From positions 62,001 to 126,000 of the forward strand of contig JAPETS010000055.1 of NCBI GenBank assembly GCA_026023565.1: 64,000 bases of DNA. The letters run 5' to 3'. Below are positions 37,607-50,191 of the stretch, one piece after another. A program made the translations under genes and the position numbers. Numbering within the stretch: the stretch's first letter is position 1; the number at the start of each line of letters is the position of its first letter. Below the pieces are notes generated by a model that saw nothing but the letters and a program-made list of their open reading frames with translations, did not search any database and was not told the origin of the DNA. The DNA comes from Cirrosporium novae-zelandiae (taxonomy: Eukaryota).

Positions 37607-38260
37607 TAAGTACAAGTGAGAGGCTTGATATATGTTGGCTTAATTTGTTCGAGAAAGCGTTTCTGTACAAGTGAGAAGTGTGAGAAGTGTGATATATCTT
37701 GGAATGACTTATTCGAGAGAGCGTTTCTTAGACAAGTGAGAAGTGTGATATGTCTTGAAATGATTTGTTCAAGAAAGTGTTGCTTGCACAAATGAGAGAC
37801 GTGAGAAGCGTGATATATCTTGAAATGATTTGTTCGAGAAAGCGTTACTTGAGAATAATGGGCGAGAGGTATGTTGGTTTGATTATTCGAAAAAGCGTTG
37901 CTTACACAAATGAAGGACGTGATATATCTTGAAGTGATTATTCGAGAAGGCGTTGCTTGCACAAGGGAGAAGCTCGATATATCTTGGATCGATTATTCAA
38001 GAAAGCCTTGTTTGAGAATAATGGACGAGAGATATGTTGGATCAATTATCCGAGAAAGCGCTGCTTACACAGGTGAGGGGCGTGATATATCTTAGATCGA
38101 GTATTCAAGAAAGAGTTACTTGAGAATAAGGGACAAGGCATGTGTTGGATCGATTATTCGGAGAAACCGTCTCTCACACAAGTGAAGAAGCCTGATATAC
38201 CTTGGATCGATGTATTCGAAGAAAGCGTTGCTTGAGAATATAATGGACGAGAGAGATGTG
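37607..38260. repeat. Degenerate tandem array of about 11-12 units of 53-65 bp, two subtypes
   Basis: TTC(G/A)AGAAAG-like anchors at 37648, 37712, 37768, 37833, 37886, 37941, 37996, 38049, 38104, 38157 and 38215. Confidence 0.9.
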
Positions 38261-40388
38261 TATCCTATGGACAAAAAAAAGTTTAAACGAAAAAAAGAAG
38301 GTGACGCAAGAATGAGTTTGAATTAGCGACTTTCGAGTTAAGTGAATAATTGAAGGGAAAAAAATTAGGAAAAGGAAGAAGAAGAAGTCGGACTCAAACG
38401 AATTATTTTTCTTATTGAGTTGGAGGGGGATGAACTTTTTTGAGTATAATGGGGGTGTATAAAAGAGCCCCATGAATATTGTTTTTTTTTTAAGAAAGAT
38501 GAGAAGGAGGTTTGATTTGATCAACTTCTTCGAAAAATATCTGAAACAAACCACACTACTAACAAACCAACAAAGGAACCCCCCTTCAGAAGGTGACACC
38601 GTCTCATATTTGCTCCAAGTGTGTCCGTGTCCATGCCCGTTCTCAAGACATGCGTTTTGAAGCATTCTAGGTGCTATTTCCCAACCCTCGCGTGCTGCCG
38701 GTACTTTCCATTTCCCTCTTTTGCTCTGTTGTCCATTCCTGAAGCTCAGATAGAAAGAAAATGACGACTAAATTTACCATCGAGAGAGCGCGGCGAAACA
38801 TAAAAACCACGTGCGTTCCGCTACTCCCCGGAAGATAGCTAGATAGGTAGGGGGGGGGGATGTCTCACTCAGCTTCGACCTGGTTTAGGGTGTTCAGACT
38901 CGATGGAATTGAGATTGAGAATAAGATCAAGCCCTCTATACCATGATGGTGTGGTGTTTTTTTTCTACCTTCAAAGCTCCAAAGTTCTAAAGCCCCGTCT
39001 TTAAAAACCTGATGATCTTATATGTGAGGGGCCAAGGGGACGAGTGGTGATTTGTTTTTTTTTACACAAATTCACTTATCAAGTAGTTTATGTGAAGATT
39101 CAAGATAAGAGTGACTGGAGGGAGGAGAGGAAGAAGGGATAAGAACAATACTAAAGATTTAAAGATTGAAGGATTCTTCACCATGTTTTCATATTCATAC
39201 CTCCATACCTCATGCACCCACCCACCCCTCCCTAATAATAGAAAGTGAATTTGAGATCAACACAAATCATAAGCTCCCTCCCTCCCTCACATTCCTAACA
39301 AAAAATCAATACAAATACCAAGCGCCTAAAAAGGGCAATTTTGAGGAAAGAAGAAAATTTTTTTTTTTTTCATTGTTGTTGGGTTCGTTGCAAAAAGAGC
39401 TTTTCATTTTTTTTTTTTTTTTTTTTTTGTTTTACATATATATATATTTTTCATGATGCAAAAAGATGGGATAGAGAGGGAGAGAGAAGGAGGTAGAAGG
39501 AAGAGAGAGAGGAAAAGCTTAATTTCCTTTCCTGTTCTTTTTCCGGATGCAAGCAATGTTTAATGTTTAACTTTTTAGATAGGTGATTGGAACTAGGAAG
39601 TTAGGTAATTATTGTTATTCTGTTTGTGTGAGGGGGGGTTGTGTGTGTGTGCCCTTGCTTGCTCGCTTGTGTCGTTTTGATATGGAGATGGGGGATGGGA
39701 ATGGGGGATCTGAGATGAGATGAGATGAGATGGATGGGAAGAGAAGAAGATGGAGAGGTAGGAATTGATTTGATTTCGTTACTGTACAATGTGGGTTGTC
39801 TAGTATGCTAGTATGGATGTATGATATTTGACTTGCTAGCAGGCTAGCTAGCTAAACGATGAATCCCCAATTATATGCATGGTGGATTTTTTTGTAAAAA
39901 GGAATGAAGGAAAATGAAATTGATTTTTGGGTATTTTTTGGGGGGGTCGTGGGGTTGTGTAACTGTCTTTTGTCCTTGCGTATGTGGTTTTGGTTAGGTG
40001 AGGGAGGGGGGAAGGGGGTGGGAGATATTGGTCTCTTGGTATTTCTCTTTCTCTTCTCTCTTTGCTATCGTAATTATATGAGGAATATATTTCGTTGCGA
40101 ACCTCCCTTTTATCTTTTTTTTCTCTTTTCTTGTTCTTCTCCCTCTTCCTTCACCAGAACAACCTTCAATCCCCCTATAGGGTCGATACAATCCATTGGA
40201 TTTGGCCATCATACCTACTAACTTTATTACCCCATGAACCCTGAGAATGAAATTTCATCGAAGCAGCAGAACCAACTGCAAAAGGCTATGGGGAGAGGGA
40301 GGGAGAGAGCAAAGACACTCGAAAGGAACTCGAAAAAGAAAGGGAGGATTTATAAACCACGACAAAGTTAAGGGAGGGGAGGAGGGTC

Positions 40389-42070
40389 TCATAACTTAGG
40401 GTAATCCTTAACATGCAAGCTCTTGAGCTTTACAAATTGCTCGAATCCGAAGCGGCTGAGCGTTACACCTTTGCCGGAGTCCTTCCAGCCTGTCCATGCG
40501 AGATCCTGGTGGGGGGAATGGGTGTTAGCAAGGGTTAGAAGAGGTGGGGGGTAGTTTGGGAGATATGGTTTGGGAGTGTTTTTCTGGATGGGATGTGGTG
40601 TATCTGCCTTTGTCCCTTGGCCTCTCCTATCGGGATTGATTATAGGACGGCATGTGTAGTTACGGACGGAGAGAGCAGGGAATTGGAGGTCTAGTTACTT
40701 ACCGGACTAGGGAAATCGCATCGATTTACGAATACCGTGCCCGCCTCCACACTTTGCGCCAACTTCTCTCCGAGTGCAACATCTTTGGTCCAAATGCTGG
40801 CCGTGAGCCCCAGGTCGGAATCATTCATTAAACGTACGGCTTCTTCATCGCTGTGAACTTTCATAACGGGGATGACCGGCCCAAAGGTTTCCTCTCGCAT
40901 TACTTTCATTTCATGTGTAACGCCTGTCAACAAAGTCGGCTTCACATAATTGCCCCCGGCGGGTGGGTTTTCGAAACTCTCGTTCTTTGGGGTTTCATCG
41001 ATTGCACCGAGCTCGATGGCTTCTTGGATATGTTCTTCAATGGTCGCGAGCGACTTTTTGGAGATTACGGGTCCCACGTGCACTTTGGGATCCATTGGAT
41101 CACCGAGTTTATATCCCGAGAGTACATTCTGGACGGCCTTGACAAAGGCATCGTGGATCTTGACATCCACATACACACGCTCAACACTACAGCAACTTTG
41201 TCCCGAGTTGAATATTGCGCCATCAACAATCTCCTCTGCCGCCCATTTCAGATCTACATCCTTACGAATGTAAGCAGGATCCTTGCCGCCCAATTCCAGC
41301 GCCACCGGAATCACTCTATCAGCAGCAGCTTTCTGGATGTTAACGCCATTGGCAACAGATCCCGTGAAGCAGATGAGCTTGATTGCCGGATCATGAATGA
41401 GGGAATTTAGACGATCTTGAGTTCCACAGTGGAAGTATTGAAGTACTTTTGGGGGGAGGCCGGCTTCGGCGAAGATGGATTGCATGTGCTCCACTATTGT
41501 TGGGGTTTGGGGAGAGGGCTTCAAAATTACGGAATTCCCAGAGAGGAGGGCAGGAATGAGGGAGTTGACAAGGATCAAATATGGGTACTATAGTAACAGA
41601 CATTATTAGTATCTAATCGTAGCCCATGGATTTAAAGCTTCAAAAAATGGGTAGAAACAACATACGTTCCATGCAAATAGAATGAGCACTGGCCCAACAG
41701 GCTCTTTCTTTATATATCTTTTAAACCCAGTCTCCTTCTCCCCTGGGGTATCAGCAAGACTCTCTTCGCTAATTTTCAATAAATATTCCCCTCTCTTCAC
41801 CGCCGTTGCAATCTCCTTGGCTGTATACGCAATGGGCCTCCCCATCTGCTCGGTCAATTCTCGTGCCAATTCATCGGTCTTGGATGCGAGGATCTCAAGA
41901 GCTTTCTTCACGATAGTTCGGCGTTGCGAGAGAGAAGTGTTTCTGTACCGTTCAAAGGCTTTCGCTGCTGTTTGCGGGAGAAGAGCTATATCGGAGTCAA
42001 AGAGACCAGTGCGGGAAAGGATGGGACGGTTGGTGGAGGGGGAAATGGTGGTGAGGACTTCGACAGACAT
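40389..42070 (-). CDS. Aldehyde dehydrogenase, 3 exons
   Basis: AWNYP, KPSPQ, FTGS, LELGGKD, FNSGQSCC (catalytic Cys), EETFGP and WTGWKDSG. Introns 41588-41665 and 40506-40702. Confidence 0.93.
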
Positions 42071-42766
42071 GGCGACGGTGGCTATCTGCTCACAATGAGT
42101 ATCTGGGTATATCCAATTAGTCGCCAAGGGGAGAGAAAAGTTGTTGTTTAAAAGATGTCAAGTAGTAGGAAAGGCGGGTCTTATGATTTTTGTACGAGTA
42201 TTAATTAATGGCTCTATGCAGTAGCTAATGAGAGTAGCTAATAGCTTTACGGCCCAAGAAAGGCGATAAGGACACCCGAGAAGCTCCCGATAAGCTTAGC
42301 GTTGGCGGTATCATTAAAAGACCCTCGGGCTACCTCTAGCCTAGCTTCTGCCCCACCGACCCTGAAGTTCTTACTGTGTACTGTATGTCAGTATCAACCA
42401 CCAAATTACGAAACTAAAATCTGCCCGTAATTATACCATCACTCACGTGTGACTATTGTGTACGTATCCATATATCAAGTCAGAATATCATTTTCTTCGC
42501 AATTCAATGTTAACTTTTATCAAAGAACGAATTCGGAGTTATAAAACAAAGATACTGAGATTCTGTAGGTGAGGAAAATATAACGAGAGAATGGCAAAAA
42601 ACCAACAATAGTACCAACACTTGCTGAGTCAAAAGAGGGTTTTTCCAAATAACTTAGATTATTGCAGGTTCCACCACCCGAAAGATTTTTCCAAGTCATC
42701 ATAGGCAACATCTCCATCTTGTTCCAGGCCAGCCAAGACCGTATCTATCAGACCAATAAAGTCGCT

Positions 42767-45765
42767 TTAGGCATCACGAACGAGACGTGCAGTGCACCAA
42801 GGATAGAGATAGTTACGTTGGTACCAGTTCATGCTATTAATCGTCAGTCAATGTAATCACACTGAAGATAGTGAGGTCTTATGAGGTCTTACAAGGTCTT
42901 TCGTCCAGCAAGGCGCGGATGAGTGGCCCAGGAACCACCAAGGACAATATTATGTTTACCGTCAAAGAAATCGGCTACTCCAAGTCAGTCACTAGCACCG
43001 AAAACGAGTTTCATTGGGCCATACCGGTATATCCAGGATAAATATCCATGGCCTTGAATCCTTCATATTCCTCCAGTGTTGAGCTAGTCCATTCCCAAGC
43101 ACCTCCAGTCTGTCCTTGTCCGGAAAGCTTATTTCCGTTCTGAGTGACAGGTGTGGGATGCCAGTTATGGAGACCTACATTGCAGCCTTCAAGGTTCGTA
43201 TAGAGCCGGTGAAGGTCTGGATGCTGCTCAGCACCGGGGAATTTAGCTAGATCAGGATATGACGGTGGTGTTTCTTCTACTCCGTCATTGGAAAGATGCC
43301 TGTTTAAAATTAGCCACAAGGCTATTTTGGACGACATCAAACCTTACCCGTTCACTGCTGGAATTGCTTTCTGCTGAACTCGTGCTGCTTTGTCGACGCA
43401 TTGCTCATCTACATAGTTGTAGATGCTCTTGACTTCTTCCATGGTCGGGATGCGTCCGTTCATCCACTTGGCACATCCTGCCAGTTCATCATAGGAAGCA
43501 ATGACTGGCCAATCCAATACATGTTCGAGTGGAACAGGTCCGTACACCGTCTTGACGAACTTACCTTGGAGATATTTATTTAGACGTGTTCCATTTTCAA
43601 AATCATAGGGTACTAGAGGTGGTGTTGCTAATCCGTCAGATGTCCCATTTGGGCTAGTGATGGCCTTCTCTGTCCAGGAAGCAGGAATTTGGTCTTGATG
43701 AGTTTCCTCCAAATACTTTGCATATTCACCATTAGTAATGACCCGAGCTTTGGCCACGAAAGCGGGTACATCTTTCACCCTAGTAGGCCCTTCATTATCC
43801 CAGCCGAAATACTGGCCTGGTTGGAGATTGTTAGAAGTATAAGGCCCGTCGAATCCAAGCGTGATTTTGTTCGCGGGAATGTTAATCCACTCGTTGGGAA
43901 CGGCATTTGCTGCAGCTTCTTTAGCCAGGGCTTTAAAATCCGGCCTCTCTGTACCCGGAGGAGGGAGCATTTTCTCGCTCTGTAACAACATATAGAGCAG
44001 AGTCTCCAGATGCATAAGGTCATGCTCGAATCCAAGCCAGAGAGCCCGGCCGACTCGCCGGTTGTTCTCGGCTGCTTTGGTGGCGAAAAGTTCTCTAACT
44101 CGAGACCTTACCTTTTCCTGGTATTCTAAAATCTCCTCTACAGGAGGCCATTCGTCAGGAATTTCGCTGTGAGAATGACACTTCTCTGGATTATCGACAT
44201 CGGGGTCAATCCCACGTTCGAAAATCGATCGATACGAGGTTGGCTCTGTTGATTTCCCTTCAGTAGCACGAGTCAAGTGGATGTCTAAGAAGGTGGGAAT
44301 ATGACCTAAATAGAAGATACATGCGTTGCGAAGTTTGATTGGCTTTGAAAGTAGCTTGTCGTGTGGAATCATGCCTTGGCTAACAGTATTCCAAGCTTTC
44401 CAGAGGGTTTCGAACTCTTCGAGAGTTGGCACGGGGGTAGCTGCATATTCCTCTGGTCGTAAAGACCAAGAGACGGCTGGTAGTGTTAACATATGGATAT
44501 CTAATACAGGTATTAGTGGTCAACATCTAAAAGATTATCATCTGCTAAAGGAGATTTAGGTCGGCTGTAAACCCGCGAACAGGGCACCGTTTTTGTGTTG
44601 ATAGAGAGTTGAGATGTGTAATTATCTTGAAAATGTGGAACACGCTCAGTAACGCTTGTTGAGCTTATCTTAAGGGTATACTGCACTTACGATAGTCATC
44701 ACTGCTATTTCCAAAGGAGGCAGTTTCGGCAAGTCCTGCCTTTTTCCAAAGCTCTTCACTCTGAATGGCCGAATACTTATAACTCTCCTCAATACGAATC
44801 ATCTCGCCTTTCTTGAGGTAAATACTCTTAAACTGGACGTCTTCAAGGGGAACGCAGAAAACTTCATGACGACTTTCTTGTTCATTGTAACGGCCAATTA
44901 CCTTCCACTTTTCGAGATCAAAGGCATCTTTGCGAAGGAGCTTGTTGGCGTGTATAAAGCCATTGAGAATGAACCTGTGAGTAACGCCTTCACGATCATT
45001 ATAAGCATGGAACACGCGATCACTGGACTGACAAGCATCGACGCCAACAAGCATAGAATCAGTGTGATCCATAATCTTGGCAAACTGAGCAAGAAATTCT
45101 ATAGCGTCTTCACGAGTGAAGTTGCCAATGGATGATCCCAAAGAGAGTATGCATTTAGGCTTACGCCTGTTCTCTGGTTGGGAAAGCCAGGCAAGCCCAT
45201 CATCGTAAGTCCCATGAAGACCAAAACATTTCACATGCTTGAATGAAGAAGTGGAGACGGCAAGAAATGTGCGTTCAAGTTCACTCTCCGACAAATCAAG
45301 AGCATAATACTCAACGTTCTTCTGGGCTCGCTCAAGAGCTTGGAGTAGGATGTTAACCTTGCGGAGATTCCTGAACCATTGTCAGCGCTCAAATTCGAGA
45401 CAATTGGGGAGAAATATTGAAGGTACTTGCGCTTGTTACCAAGCCAAGGTTAAATAGGTTTGCTAGACTTACCCACTTCCCAATTCAATTATGCGGGTTC
45501 CAGGTTGGATTTTATTAGCGATATCCTCGGCATGACGTTGGAAAACTTCGATTTCAGCATTTGTGAGGTAATATTCGTCCAAATATGTGATATCCTCGAA
45601 CAATTTCAAGCCCAATTGATCGTATAGAAGAAGAGTTGGAAAGGTCTTTTCTTTGCCGTTCTCAGGATGAAGGCCTTTAATCAAGTCCTCCAGGAGAGTT
45701 TCTTCAACCTTAGTACGGCGAATGTCAATGATCTCTACGCTCGTACCTTGGGTCATGGGTGCCAT
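42767..45765 (-). CDS. EGT1: Ergothioneine biosynthesis protein 1 (EgtD-like histidine methyltransferase fused to an EgtB-like sulfoxide synthase)
   Basis: PTLLLYD..GLKLFEDIT..EYYLT, IELGSG, LGSSIGNF, IEESYKY; YLGHIPTF, FERGIDPDVD, EHDLMHLE (Fe ligands); FGE-like WDNE, GGAWEWTSS, GGSWATHPR and NWYQRNY. Stop at 42767-42769. Confidence 0.95.
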
Positions 45766-46916
45766 CGTCAAAGATGATGAATGAGTTGTTAAGCTTGGCG
45801 GACAGATAGCTCATATAAATACACAAAGAGGTGTATTTCTGAAAATACTTGGACTAGGTTATCGGCACTAGTCTAATGGTGATGTTGGAGGAACTCAGGG
45901 CAAGATTTTGGAAAGTTGACGAAGTGTAAATGATTCCAAATCATAAAAAGGTACCAGAGAAGCAGAGATGGGTCAGTGGCGTGCCAAAATGCGGGACGAT
46001 AAAAGGTCAGAAAGTGATTCCCAAGCTTTATAGTTCATGTATAGAGTTATTCTATGGATATATTAAGTCGGCCACCTTTGCTGTATGGTTCTTGTGACGA
46101 AGTAGACATCAAACACTAGGCACGACAAGATGACCGAGCACACAGAACCACAATGTCAACGCACGAATGAGAGACAAAAACTGCATGTAGATGCCTGCAC
46201 ATTATGACGCTGAGTATCCCCATCTGACCGCTAGCGTGTCCTCATAGCTATGGCTACTCCACTCAAAGGCTCAGTCTTCGTAAATAAGGAGGGATTCGCT
46301 TCCGGCGTCACTGACAAAGCCTTGAAAACCCCGCGAAGCAGAAGCCCCTCATTCTAACAAAGGTAAGCCGAAAATGTAGTTCAAGTTGGTTGGATGAGCC
46401 AGAAATGTTATGCACGTAAGCCATGAAGACTTTAATCTTATAGAGGATGGATCTTGGTAATATTTCCCAAAGGAGTTTGGCCGGCTGGTACCTGATGTTG
46501 AACTTTTAGATGAGCTAAGGTACTGCATCTGAGGGATTTTGGATACCTTAATTGGACCAGTATGAAGGGCTGTGAGGGCCTCTTTGTTTGCGTATAGTTA
46601 CCAAATTCATAGACATACCTAAGTAGTTATGTAAGTAAAGATTACTTTCTGTAGAAATCGTATTATTAAGCGGATGGTTTAACGGATCGTAATGGATATA
46701 GCTGCCACGAAGAGGTTAGTTGGCAGTAGAAATTGTTTGAATATTTTAATTCCAATTGGTGGGGGGCCAAGCTCTGAACCTTGTTACATACATTACCGGG
46801 CTTAACCTCTTAAAGACACCGAAACCCTGACTAATTGATTACTGGAAAGAACCCATTTTTTTTGATATATTCATATCACCAACAAATCCTTGAGCGCTAT
46901 CAACCCATTCTACATA

Positions 46917-47978
46917 ATGGCTACTCGAAAACGGAATGAATTTCTAGACCATGGGTTTAGTGATGATGAAGAGGATGACCGCAGCTATGACTCAGAAGCT
47001 CTCGAGGAGAGAAAAGGTGGAAGGGTGTCGCGTCTCACCTCCAAGACGAACAAACGGAGAAAACTAGACAACAACGAGAGTGACCATGAAGATGAGAACG
47101 ACCCAGAAAATGAACATGGGAGCATTGATCTCGGGAACTCCCCTGTCAAATCAAACTTTCACTCAGGACCACAACAGCAATCCTTGATCGCTCAATCTGC
47201 AGATTTTGCTACCTCCCCATCTCTCTCTAGCCCTTCGAAATCACCCATATCCTCTCGCACCAAAGCCAAGCCCCCCATGGCTTACGTGAAAGCCCAAAAG
47301 GTAGCCCACAAAACTGGCATACTCTATATCTCTCGCATTCCTCCATTCATGAAACCTTCCACCGTGCGGACACTACTCTCCCCTTACGGCTCCATAACCC
47401 GTCTCTTCCTAACCCCCGAGCCAACCACCTCCTACCTCGCCCGCAAACGCTCCGGTGGTAATAAAAAACACAGCTACATTGATGGGTGGGTAGAATTCAC
47501 ACGTAAGCGGGATGCCAAGAATGCTGCCGAGCTACTGAACACGCAAATCATTGGAGGAAAGAAAAGTGGCTGGTATCATGATGACGTATGGAATTTGAAG
47601 TACCTGAAGGGGTTCAAGTGGGCGGATTTGATGGAGCAGGTGAGGAATGAGGAGGCAGAGCGGGCGGCCAGGTTGAGAGCCGATCTCGCGAGGGTGGGAA
47701 GGGAGAATAAGGAGTTCGTGAAGAATGTGGAGCGGGCAAAGATGTTGGAAGGGATGGAGGCAAAGAAGAAAGCAAAGGCCAAGGGCAGGATAGGTGAAGG
47801 GGATATTAAAGAACCGGTTGAAAATAAAGAATCACTGGACAATAGCGAGAAAAGCAAAGGGAGAAGGGAATTCCATATGCACTTCAGGCAGAACGAGGTT
47901 AAGCTGAAGACTGCAAAAAGGACGGGTGCCGACGATCAGCCAGATGATGTAAAGAGAGTGCTGAGCAAAATATTCTAA
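46917..47978 (+). CDS. ESF2: Pre-rRNA-processing protein Esf2 (ABT1 family RRM)
   Basis: GILYISRIPPFMKP, GWVEF, IIGGKK and DDVWNLKYLKGFKW; ATG at 46917. Confidence 0.95.
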   Translation: MATRKRNEFLDHGFSDDEEDDRSYDSEALEERKGGRVSRLTSKTNKRRKLDNNESDHEDENDPENEHGSIDLGNSPVKSNFHSGPQQQSLIAQSADFATSPSLSSPSKSPISSRTKAKPPMAYVKAQKVAHKTGILYISRIPPFMKPSTVRTLLSPYGSITRLFLTPEPTTSYLARKRSGGNKKHSYIDGWVEFTRKRDAKNAAELLNTQIIGGKKSGWYHDDVWNLKYLKGFKWADLMEQVRNEEAERAARLRADLARVGRENKEFVKNVERAKMLEGMEAKKKAKAKGRIGEGDIKEPVENKESLDNSEKSKGRREFHMHFRQNEVKLKTAKRTGADDQPDDVKRVLSKIF

Positions 47979-48167
47979 TAAAGATCTATAATGAAATGTA
48001 AAAGCACAGTGCTTCTTTGAGTAATTCATGATTTTCCTGCTCGCGTATACCTAATTTTTATGACAAACCCTTTGTTGGCCGTGTAGCTTTGAGCCTCCAC
48101 CGTACGCCGCCAGGATCTATGGCCAAGATCCGAAGAAATATAACCCATAAAACGCAGCCTTCGATAT

Positions 48168-49798
48168 TTATTCCTTGTCATTCACATCTAGCTCATCAAA
48201 GTCTTCCAGCAGCTCGTCCATATCGATCTTAGGTGCTCCTTCATCCTCAGTTGTATCTGTTTCAGCTACGCTCATAGCGTCACCTTCCATGCCTTCCATT
48301 CTATCACCCTTGGACTTCTTCTGCGCATTCGCCTTGTATAGCGCCATTGTACCCCGCAATTCATCATCTTCCTCGATATCCCGCAAGAACAGCTCATACT
48401 CAGCTTCCATGCGCTCCTGGTCCGCTTTCTTGGGAAGCATTTCACCCTCGTCCTTGGCCATACGCTTGAGACGCCAGTTGCGGTTCTTATTCTTCTTCTT
48501 GCGCGCATAGAACTTCTTGACTAGAATGACGTCAGGGATGGTTGAGGAATAGGAATTGCTATCCTGAATGGCCTCGAATTGAGGGTTATTGAAGTTGGTG
48601 CCTGTGAGGTGGTACCCTAAGACGGAGTCGCCATAGTGTAATACTCCCCCGAGATGTGTTCTGGTGGTGTATGTGATGTCATTTGTGCCAAAGTCAGAGG
48701 CTCGAGCAACAGTCACATCAGCAAGAACAAAACGACCATTTTGGATGGGCTCAGTCTCAATGTCGAGGACTACAAACTCGACAAGTTCTTGCACATCGGC
48801 TAGTGAGGTGAAAGGAGAACGCCAGTATATTGGAGTTGAGATATCTGTAACTTGGAGGGTATTTGGATCAATGAGGTTAACAGAAGTGCCAACCCTATAA
48901 CAGAGAGCCAATGGGTAGGCGTTTCCAACCTGCTTGGCAAGCTTAATAGGTAAAGCGACTAGATCGTCTTTGCATATCGGTACGATCTCTACAGAGAACG
49001 AGAACTTATATGACTTCGTACCACTATGTGTATCTGCAGATATTAATTCTGACGATTTTTTGGCCTTAATAGGCACAGAAGAGTTTAGAAAATCCACAAA
49101 TTTCTCGGCGTGGTTTCTCTGCGCAAAGTAAAAATCTAGGCCACTCTTATCTTCTTTAATATTGATCGTATCCCTATGTGCGGAATGTTTCAGGATGAGT
49201 TGTTCAAGGTAAAGGAATGTTCTTTTGTGTGGTACTTTCTGGCGAACCTGAACAACAGCTCTCCAGGTATTTGCTGTGTATGATTTGGCGCAATCTGGGC
49301 ATTGCTTGTATGCGACAACATATTCCACCGGGAATGTCTGCTGCATGATTGCCCCTTGGTATTCTTGCTGTATGGTAACATTGACCTTCACCCGCCTGGA
49401 ATGTGGTTCCGTCCATATGAAACTGGCATCGATAACTCGGACTCTTGATAAGCCGGTCAACTTTTTCAAACATAAAGCCAACAGTTCTCTTGATTCTAGA
49501 GCAGCAGCCAGCCATCGATTAGGAGGTTGTAGCCATCGATTGCAGTCTCTGCAAGTATGAAGAACAGCTTCTCTTTGAATTCCTTGGGACGGATCGACGG
49601 TGAGCTTCACGCAGTCATAGCATAAAGCGCCAACAGCTTGAGCACCATCGATAGGTGCGCCGCAATTACAACAGAGAATTCTTGAAAAAAATGAGAATTT
49701 GTATCTTCCGAAAGCGGGGGAGTGACATACGTTGCAGCATTTTGCTCAGTTTCAGGCACTGGCCGAATGGCCAGTGGGGTGTCTATATCCATAGACAT
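48168..49798 (-). CDS. NMD3: 60S ribosomal export adaptor Nmd3
   Basis: ILCCNCG, CRDC, FIWTEPHSRR, QCPDC, VQVRQKVPHKRTF and an NES-like acidic end. Intron 49681-49730 has an AAG acceptor. Confidence 0.96.
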
Positions 49799-50191
49799 CT
49801 TGGCCAAATCAAAGGCCCGAAAATATGGGATTTTTCTAGAGTGTAGGTCATCAAGTGTAGAGAGGCCAAAGAGATTAAATAATCCTCGATAGATAAATTT
49901 GGGCCTTTTTTTTGCCCCACCATTCGTTGATACACAGTAATTAACTAATACTGTAACAGATGTAATTAATAATTACGGACGGGGTTTTGTCAGCCCTACG
50001 CTTTACCCTCTTCGGCCGTTCAAAAACTTTCTTTTCGTCCCTGTCTGGCCGAGATTACCATCAATACTTGACTGCAAAAGTCCTTTTTTGTAATTATTTC
50101 TTGTGTATGACTGCCTTCGATCTATATCTGTTCTCGGGAAGGTTAAGTAGCTTATTCCAACAACCTGTCATAGGCCAGTGCCTCCGTCAGC

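Noticed and set aside
37607..38260. CRISPR array or repeat-protein CDS
   Set aside because: Whole units are degenerate copies with no unique spacers, no cas genes are present, and unit lengths are mostly not multiples of three.
38174..40221. Phe/Lys-rich ORFs
   Set aside because: Translations of poly-A/T and simple repeats.
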